Origin: Parapedobacter sp.
GTDB taxonomy: Bacteria; Bacteroidota; Bacteroidia; Sphingobacteriales; Sphingobacteriaceae
NCBI RefSeq assembly: GCF_035556095.1
Contig: NZ_DATMFT010000016.1
Coordinates: forward strand, 53,508 to 117,507
Reading direction: 5' to 3'
Length of the DNA: 64,000 nucleotides
The notes under the pieces are model-generated. The model did not search any database. It saw nothing but the letters and a program-made list of their open reading frames with translations, and had not been told where the DNA came from. A program made the position numbers and the translations under genes. Shown here one piece after another: positions 1 through 5,112 of this stretch (position 1 is the first letter of the stretch; each line of letters begins with the position of its first letter).

Positions 1-23
1 TCGACTGCGAGGCTCGATTGTAT

Positions 24-81
24 AAAAGTATTCAGTGAGTGCCAATCCGGCCTCACCCTATGGCTGTACAAGCAGCCTCAA
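24..81 (-). ncRNA. tracrRNA-like structured element, copy 1 of 3
   Basis: 58-nt element nearly identical to 1370..1427. On the minus strand it reads TTGAGGCTGCTTGTACAGCC-ATAGG-GTGAGGCCggattGGCaCTCAC-TGAATACTTTT, i.e. two hairpins plus a U-rich tail. It is followed (minus strand) by ATACAATC, then the window ends. Confidence 0.45.
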
Positions 82-145
82 ATAATGCTCCCAAATAGGT
101 TTGAAAAATTTGTGAATCGGAATCAATATTCATAAATTTGTTTCT

Positions 146-376
146 ATGGAATTAAATGTAAAATTAGGTTTCAATGAACTACTGTCTGCAATTAGAAGTT
201 TGCCGGATAGTCAATTGGCTTTACTGAAAAAGGAACTGGATAAACCAGTAACCTTAGCGGTTCAGCCAAATAAGGCTCTTAAAGAACTGTTGCTAAGCGG
301 GCCTGTTTTTGAAAAGGAACAACTTGCCTCTATTGCAGAAGCCCGAAAATCCATCAATCAAAGGCGGAATCCCTAA
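146..376 (+). CDS. small antitoxin-like protein (VapB-type partner of the PIN toxin)
   Basis: 76-aa ORF ending 5 nt before the PIN-domain ORF. The size and position are typical of a type II antitoxin. No motif was recognised directly. Confidence 0.5.
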   Translation: MELNVKLGFNELLSAIRSLPDSQLALLKKELDKPVTLAVQPNKALKELLLSGPVFEKEQLASIAEARKSINQRRNP

Positions 377-381
377 TCCTT

Positions 382-747
382 TTGGATACATCTATTCTTA
401 TTGATTATTTCCGGAAGAAAGACAAAACCAGAATCCGTCTATATGAATTAACCGATCATTACGAAGGGTTTGTTATTTCAGTTATCACTGAATTTGAGAT
501 TTACGTTGGTGCAAAAGATGACCAATTGCCGTTTTGGACACGTCTTTTAAAAGAGATTCCCGTGATTCCCCTTGATTCGTCAATTGCCGAAATTGCGGTA
601 GGCCTCAACAATCAATTGAAAGCATCCAAAAACCAAATTGCCATTGCAGACCTATTCATAGCCTCAACAGCGCTTTCTTTGGGAGTACCATGCGCTTCGC
701 TTAATCGCAAACATTTCAGCCGGTTAAAAGACCTCACTATCATTTAA
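382..747 (+). CDS. vapC: PIN-domain toxin, VapC family
   Basis: 121 aa. N-terminal xDTSILIDYF with a conserved Asp, TEFEIY with a Glu, and IAIADLFIASTA with an Asp give a PIN-like acidic residue pattern. TTG start as given in the ORF track. Confidence 0.75.
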   Translation: MDTSILIDYFRKKDKTRIRLYELTDHYEGFVISVITEFEIYVGAKDDQLPFWTRLLKEIPVIPLDSSIAEIAVGLNNQLKASKNQIAIADLFIASTALSLGVPCASLNRKHFSRLKDLTII

Positions 748-792
748 TGAACAACTCTTCCCTACCCTGAACAAGGTTAAAGACGGTACCCC

Positions 793-817
793 GTCTGATG
801 TCTGGCGTCTGATGTCT
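793..817. repeat. GTCTGAT-type heptad block 1, fused to a variant array repeat
   Basis: GTCTGAT GTCTGGC GTCTGAT GTCT with strict 7-nt period. It sits directly next to the variant repeat at 824..856. Confidence 0.7.
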
Positions 818-1033
818 AAAAAACATTATACCTTTCAGAATGGGGTCTGTAACACCAAGCTTTTTATAGGCTACAAAAGTATCAGTTGTATATACCTTTC
901 AGAATGTGGTCTGTAACACCGCCGAGGCAATTAGAATCCCGCTCCAGGTAGTTGTATATACCCAGCTGATAGGAACACTACCCAGTAGCCAGTTGTATAT
1001 ACCTTTCAAATGGCATAACTCGATCCGAGCCGC

Positions 1034-1065
1034 GTCTGATGTCTAGTGTCTGGCGTCTGATGTCT
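1034..1065. repeat. GTCTGAT-type heptad block 2
   Basis: GTCTGAT GTCTAGT GTCTGGC GTCTGAT GTCT. It is followed by the variant repeat at 1071..1103. Confidence 0.7.
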
Positions 1066-1239
1066 CAAAACACTATACCTTTCAAATTGGGGTAGTTAAC
1101 ACCCTCAGAAATTGTAGCCGCAAGACTCTTAGTGTTCTATATACCTTTCAAATTGGGGTCTGTAATACCTAAATAGAGCGACGCTTGACGTTTTTGTTGC
1201 ATGTACCTTTCCAAAATTGGGTGTCCACACCGCTCTTCT

Positions 1240-1270
1240 TCTGATGTCTAGTGTCTGACGTCTAATGTCT
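1240..1270. repeat. GTCTGAT-type heptad block 3
   Basis: TCTGAT GTCTAGT GTCTGAC GTCTAAT GTCT. It is followed by the variant partial repeat at 1276..1300. Confidence 0.65.
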
Positions 1271-1369
1271 CCAAACAATATACCTTTCAAATTCGGTAGC
1301 CAACAAAAAAATCCGCGCCCATCAACAAAATCCACGTCATCCGCATTCCAATAAGCTCGTAACAAATAA

Positions 1370-1427
1370 AAAAGTATTCAGTGAGTGCCAACCCGGCCTC
1401 ACCCTATGGCTGTACAAGCAGCCTCAA
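1370..1427 (-). ncRNA. tracrRNA-like structured element, copy 2 of 3
   Basis: Same 58-nt element as 24..81, with one loop difference. It separates the two parts of the repeat array. Confidence 0.5.
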
Positions 1428-1488
1428 TTATTAAATAACCTTTGTGCTCAATGATACCGTCTTACGGCTTTATAATTAATCTGGCGGG

Positions 1489-1747
1489 GTTGTATATATC
1501 TTTTTACTTTAGAAATTGCGTATGCCTTTCAAATTGGGGTCTGTAATACCACAATGCACTAAATCCAAAATACTTTATATGTTGTATATACCTTTCAAAT
1601 TTGAATCCGTAACACCTCCGCTCGTGACGATGTTGCGGTCGGATTAGCTGTATATACCTTCAAATTGAAATCTGTGACACCCTTTTGGCTATTCATATCA
1701 CAAACATCGCTGTTGTATATACCTTTCAAAAAGGGCTTTGGAACAAT
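1489..1747 (-). CRISPR. degenerate CRISPR-like array, proximal part (5 repeat units, about 4 guides)
   Basis: Repeat units at 1489-1500 (12 nt), 1518-1550, 1581-1616, 1648-1681 and 1712-1747 (only the GGTATATACAAC-side half is conserved). Spacers at 1459-1488 (putative), 1551-1580, 1617-1647 and 1682-1711. Further very degenerate units may lie at 1787-1858. Confidence 0.7.
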
Positions 1748-1871
1748 CGTTGACTTAATAAAAAACTCGCTTTCAACTGTATATCTTCCAGGATTAATGT
1801 CAATTTGATACCCGAAAGGTTGTAGATACTCCAGCCGAGAGACATCGTGTTGTGTATAAATCTTAAAATAA

Positions 1872-1930
1872 AAAAGTATTCAGTGAGTACTTTCTTAAGT
1901 CTCACCCTACGGCTGTACAAGCAGCCTCAA
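1872..1930 (-). ncRNA. tracrRNA-like structured element, copy 3 of 3 (nearest the Cas12f-like gene)
   Basis: Same flanks and hairpin 1 as copies 1 and 2. The inner stem of hairpin 2 changes from GCC/GGC to ACT/AGT, which is compensatory, and the single-nt bulge is kept. It lies 70 nt downstream of the Cas12f-like stop codon, between the gene and the array. Confidence 0.55.
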
Positions 1931-1950
1931 AAATTTCAAAGAACTATTTT

Positions 1951-1992
1951 AGTCGTAAGTCGTAAGTCATCAGTCGTAAGTCAACAGTCAAC
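1951..1992. repeat. AGTCGTA-type heptad block
   Basis: AGTCGTA AGTCGTA AGTCATC AGTCGTA AGTCAAC AGTCAAC: six 7-nt units. They start 8 nt past the stop codon of the minus-strand Cas12f-like gene. Confidence 0.7.
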
Positions 1993-1999
1993 TCGCCAC

Positions 2000-3094
2000 T
2001 TACTCCTCAATCACATTAATCCCCGCCTTCTTCGCCTTGTAGGCAATCTTTTCTTTCAACCCGTAGTAGCTCCAATTGCGGAGCAGGAACTCCTCCTCCT
2101 TCGCCACTTCTTCCTTTTGCTGCTGGTTCACCAATAGCAGCGTTCCCGCTTCGGACTTCAGGCACAGGTCGATCAGCCGCCTGCTGTACAGGTGCAGCCG
2201 GCTGTCCACATATTTCTTTTCCTTCGCATCCCAGTCGTCCAGGCTTTTCAGTTTGCGCTGGCGGCCCTTGCCAGACCGGTTGTACGTAGACCCCCGCTGC
2301 AGGCGGTGCCGTGCGGCCTGTATGGCCAGCCGCCGGTGCAGGAACTCCTCCTTGTTGCCGATCTGGAACTGTGCCTTGCCCACCTTCATCACGATGGGGT
2401 GTTCGATGGAGAGCGATGCCTCGGCGATGACCGAATCGTTCAGCTGATGCGCATCGCGCTCCATCTCAAAGGCCGCCAGTAAGTACAGCTTACCCTTGTC
2501 GATTTTCAGCGAACTGGCGCAGAGTTTCAACGTACCCGCGATGTTGCGCTGTATCAGCACGCGCTTGTCCGTTTTGTCCTTGCCGAGGTAGGTCTTGAAC
2601 GGGATTTTGAACAACGTAAACCGGAATTCGCGGTGCTTCTCGTCGGCCACGAATTTCAGCGACTTGCCCGAAAAGGGTAGCGGAATATTGCGCTTGTAGT
2701 TGCGCAGCGATTTCTCCCCCTTCCAGTAGGCGGTACGCTCGGTATTGTACACGCTGGTCAATGAATTATTCAGGTTGGAAAAAATTTCAGAAGGCATCTT
2801 ACCAAGCAGCTTACTGGACAGTACGCGGTAGGTGGTATTCATCCGCGAGGTGTTCAGGATGCCCTCCTCATCCTTGGCGCGGTCGGCCAGCTTCACCTTC
2901 ACCTCGTCGGTAAAGTAAATCAGATCTTTCACCCGATCCTGCACATACAGGTTCGTGAAAATGAGGTTGGCCGCCTGGAAAGCCAGGAACTGCCATTCAT
3001 ACAGCTGCTTGTAGTGGGCATCTTTTTGCGCTTTGTCTTCGCAATCCACATACACCTGTATTTTCCGCGTCAGGATGATGGTTTTCTTTTCCAT
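2000..3094 (-). CDS. miniature Cas12f-like protein, predicted nuclease-dead and C-terminally truncated (dCas12f-like)
   Basis: 364 aa. The segments TIILTRKIQVYV, NIPLPFSGKS..FKIPF, VIAEASLSIEHPIV, GTLLLVNQQQK and LLRNWSYYGLKEKIAYKAKKAGINVIEE are collinear with my recollection of Un1Cas12f1 (TITKTLKLRIV; NFPIPL..IKIPF; IIGGIDVGVKSPLV; GTVQMENLESM; RLRGFWPYAEMQNKIEFKLKQYGIEIRKV). The RuvC-I Asp and RuvC-II Glu positions are non-acidic. The ORF ends before the Zn-finger/RuvC-III region. It is adjacent to the repeat array and the tracr-like RNA. Confidence 0.75.
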   Translation of the reverse strand: MEKKTIILTRKIQVYVDCEDKAQKDAHYKQLYEWQFLAFQAANLIFTNLYVQDRVKDLIYFTDEVKVKLADRAKDEEGILNTSRMNTTYRVLSSKLLGKMPSEIFSNLNNSLTSVYNTERTAYWKGEKSLRNYKRNIPLPFSGKSLKFVADEKHREFRFTLFKIPFKTYLGKDKTDKRVLIQRNIAGTLKLCASSLKIDKGKLYLLAAFEMERDAHQLNDSVIAEASLSIEHPIVMKVGKAQFQIGNKEEFLHRRLAIQAARHRLQRGSTYNRSGKGRQRKLKSLDDWDAKEKKYVDSRLHLYSRRLIDLCLKSEAGTLLLVNQQQKEEVAKEEEFLLRNWSYYGLKEKIAYKAKKAGINVIEE

Positions 3095-3097
3095 GGT

Positions 3098-3916
3098 TTA
3101 GGCCGATTGTTTCGCTTTATTGATGACCGCATAGGCCTGCACGAAGAGCGACTTCACCCGTGTGTCGTCCAGTTGCAGCGCCGCGGCGATTTCCTCAAAG
3201 GAATACTGCAGGTCGTACCGCATGGCCAGCACCTGCGCCTGCTCTTCGGTGAGCATGCCTTCGGCGATGAGTGGTTTGGTGCGGGTGGCGCTATCCAACT
3301 TGGTCGTGTCCGCGAGGGCAGCTTTCAGGTTGGCAATGCATTGCTCCACGCGTTGGGCAACCTCGTAATCCGAGATGCCGCCGAGGTGGTAGGCTATCCG
3401 TTCGTAGTTAAAGCTGTACCGCAGGCACAGCCGAAGAAATAGCTGCTGCTGGTCGGTCAGGTTGGGCAACAGTCGGTTGACCTGCGCCAGCTGCCGTTGT
3501 TTTTCTGCTTCCAGTTGTTCGAGATATACGGCGTCCTCCTCGGCTTCGTCCTCCAGTTCGTTACCCAGCATAAATTCCTGGAAATCTTCGATGCCATCCA
3601 GCCGCAGCATGCTACGGTGGAAACGGTTGAGGCTCTTCCGGTAGTAGGCCATGCCCGCTTCGCGGAGTTGCTGGCCGAGGAACTCGTGCAGGTGGGCTAC
3701 ATCGCGTATGACGTCGCGCATGAGCCACAGGCGGAGAAATCCCTCCTGCGCAATGGTATTGCCCACCATATCGTCCTTAACGAACCGCTCGGCCCGCCAT
3801 GCGTAGTGGTCGTAATGGGCGCGATAGAAATAATTCAGTCCGGTTTCGTCGCCCGTCTTGAACCGATGGAATGCCTCGGTCGCATTTTTTCGTGTTTGGC
3901 GATTGGTTTTCAACAT
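3098..3916 (-). CDS. ECF-type sigma-70 family factor with an extra C-terminal sigma4-like HTH
   Basis: 272 aa. Region 2-like NTIAQEGFLRLWLMR. Region 4-like LTDQQQLFLRLCLRYSFNYERIAYHLGGISDYEVAQRVEQCIANLK. A second similar HTH reads LTEEQAQVLAMRYDLQYSFEEIAAALQLDDTRVKSLFVQA. The stop codon is 3 nt upstream of the Cas12f-like start. Confidence 0.8.
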   Translation of the reverse strand: MLKTNRQTRKNATEAFHRFKTGDETGLNYFYRAHYDHYAWRAERFVKDDMVGNTIAQEGFLRLWLMRDVIRDVAHLHEFLGQQLREAGMAYYRKSLNRFHRSMLRLDGIEDFQEFMLGNELEDEAEEDAVYLEQLEAEKQRQLAQVNRLLPNLTDQQQLFLRLCLRYSFNYERIAYHLGGISDYEVAQRVEQCIANLKAALADTTKLDSATRTKPLIAEGMLTEEQAQVLAMRYDLQYSFEEIAAALQLDDTRVKSLFVQAYAVINKAKQSA

Positions 3917-4227
3917 AATCCGGTTCTTGGTTTAAAAATTTTGAAATAGATATCTCCCTAACAACAATGAGTCGCTATTTAGGGACTTAGGCTATCCGCT
4001 GTCTCTGGGAGAACGTGGGATGTTGGCGTGGGCGGATGCTATTCGGGCGAGCACTTTACGGTGGCCAACAGGCTCCGGAAGTGACGGTGCGTTCTTGATG
4101 TGTAGTCTGGTTGCTTTTTCACGATCTTGTATAATTTGGTCCTCTTTGGTGAAACAAAGGTATGTGTTTTATTTTTATTAAACAAATATGTTTAGTGTGA
4201 ATTTCAAACATTTCCCTTGTTTGCCGA

Positions 4228-4452
4228 ATGGCAATAGATATTCAAACATTCAAAACCCAGTTGGGCCAGCGTATCCGGGTGCTTAGGGAACGCCGTGGAC
4301 TTACCCAGATGGAGCTTGGGGCATTGATGGATAAAGATTTCCAGGCAATCAGCCGGATGGAAAAGGGGCGGGTCAATCCGTCGGCTTATCAAGTGTATGT
4401 GCTGGCGGGAGCGCTCGGCGTGCCTATCGAGGAGTTTTTTGATATGAAGTAA
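4228..4452 (+). CDS. XRE-family helix-turn-helix transcriptional regulator
   Basis: 74 aa. LGQRIRVLRERRGLTQMELGALM...ISRMEKGRVNPS is a typical Cro/C1 HTH. It is divergent from the sigma/Cas12f-like operon. Confidence 0.8.
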   Translation: MAIDIQTFKTQLGQRIRVLRERRGLTQMELGALMDKDFQAISRMEKGRVNPSAYQVYVLAGALGVPIEEFFDMK

Positions 4453-4548
4453 ACCCATTTGCACCGTAACTAAATTTGGCGTACCTTTGCGGCCGTTAAT
4501 TATTTTTTTATTGTTTCATTAAGTTCACGCTTTAATATTATTCAAGTA

Positions 4549-4827
4549 ATGTATTTAAGTAAAGAGTACAAAACGGGCATTTTCGCTGAATTTGCAGGAA
4601 ATGCAACCAACACCGGTTCCGCGGAAGGACAGGTGGCGTTATTTACCAAACGTATTGCGCACCTCACGGAGCACCTGAAATCGAATCGCAAAGATTTCGC
4701 AACCCAGCGTTCATTGCAGAAGCTGGTCGGTAAACGCCGGGCGTTGTTGAAATACCTTTTCCATAAGGACATCGCACGCTACCGTGCCATCATCAAGGCA
4801 TTAGGTCTGCGCGACATCATCAAATAA
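4549..4827 (+). CDS. rpsO: 30S ribosomal protein S15
   Basis: 92 aa. TGSAEGQVALFTKRIAHLTEHLKSNRKDFATQRSL..LVGKRRALLKYL..DIARYRAIIKALGLR matches the S15 pattern. A TAaaTTTG box lies upstream near 4473. Confidence 0.9.
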   Translation: MYLSKEYKTGIFAEFAGNATNTGSAEGQVALFTKRIAHLTEHLKSNRKDFATQRSLQKLVGKRRALLKYLFHKDIARYRAIIKALGLRDIIK

Positions 4828-4850
4828 TTGCAAGTAGCGTTTTCAATAGA

Positions 4851-4883
4851 AAAGCCATCCGCCAACCAGCAGATGGCTTTTTT
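4851..4883 (+). terminator. intrinsic terminator after rpsO
   Basis: AAAGCCATC - 12-nt loop - GATGGCTTT followed by TTT. Confidence 0.7.
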
Positions 4884-5049
4884 GATGCCCAAGACAGCGC
4901 AGGTTATGTGACGAGACGTGTTACCTTTTGGGTTTATCAGGCATTTGCCAACGGGAAATTGCCACTTTTTCCATTCGAATGCAACGGCTAACTAGGTGTG
5001 GAGCCGGGGTCGCCGGTGTTGACATACACAAAAAAGTGACTCACTTCAA

Positions 5050-5063
5050 CTTGTATACACAAG
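5050..5063. promoter_or_regulatory. HutC/GntR-type operator (CTTGTATACACAAG) upstream of the MFS sugar permease
   Basis: Member of a 6-site palindrome family, consensus CTTGTATATACAAG. A TAtgTTTG -7 box lies 10 nt downstream (5074-5081). Confidence 0.6.
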
Positions 5064-5112
5064 ATTGTTTTCTTATGTTTGTATCCTTATAAATCCAATT
5101 GTAAACGATGTT

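Larger units (their letters stand above)
824..1300 (-). CRISPR. degenerate CRISPR-like array, distal part (about 8 repeat units, 5 guides)
   Basis: Repeat units on the plus strand: 824-856, 885-920 (GTTGTATATACCTTTCAGAATGTGGTCTGTAACACC), 951-962 (12 nt only), 992-1010 (partial), 1071-1103, 1132-1169, 1196-1231, 1276-1300. Spacers of 26-30 nt lie at 857-884, 921-950, 963-991, 1104-1131 and 1170-1195. The minus strand is inferred because only the GGTATATACAAC end of the repeat is always kept. Confidence 0.7.

Noticed and set aside
781-796. AGACGG-tacc-CCGTCT hairpin considered as a terminator of vapC or of the array transcript
   Set aside because: The stem is only 6 bp and there is no proper U-tract on either strand. 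I mention it only as a junction landmark.
885-920. The array repeat shares TTGTATATAC with the HutC/GntR operator CTTGTATATACAAG
   Set aside because: Only one half-site plus the centre is shared, and the second half (ACAAG) is missing in the repeats. The 10-nt overlap is AT-rich and plausible by chance. I have no evidence that the regulator binds the array.
1129-2137. Track ORFs 1129..1365 (-), 1726..1920 (-) and 1847..2137 (+) inside the repeat array and tracr region
   Set aside because: They run across array repeats, heptad blocks and the tracr-like elements. They have no recognisable motifs or start context. One overlaps the 3' end of the Cas12f-like gene on the opposite strand. I treat them as chance ORFs in RNA-coding DNA.
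3960-3990. Partial similarity between spacer 1170-1195 (TAAATAGAGCGACGCTTGACG...) and the minus strand of the sigma upstream region (TAAATAGCGACTCATTG...)
   Set aside because: The match needs a 2-nt gap and decays after about 11 nt, so it is not compatible with R-loop formation. It is probably coincidence. It is worth re-testing only within a computed genome-wide protospacer search.
4120-4165. GAAACAAAGGTATGTGTTTTA in the sigma/XRE intergenic region resembles the repeat segment GAAAGGTATATAC
   Set aside because: The similarity is short and imperfect, on the opposite strand relative to the array, with no adjacent spacer-like unit or second copy.
4204-4464. 86-aa minus-strand ORF overlapping the XRE regulator gene
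   Set aside because: The plus-strand ORF has a clear Cro/C1 HTH motif and the minus-strand one has none.
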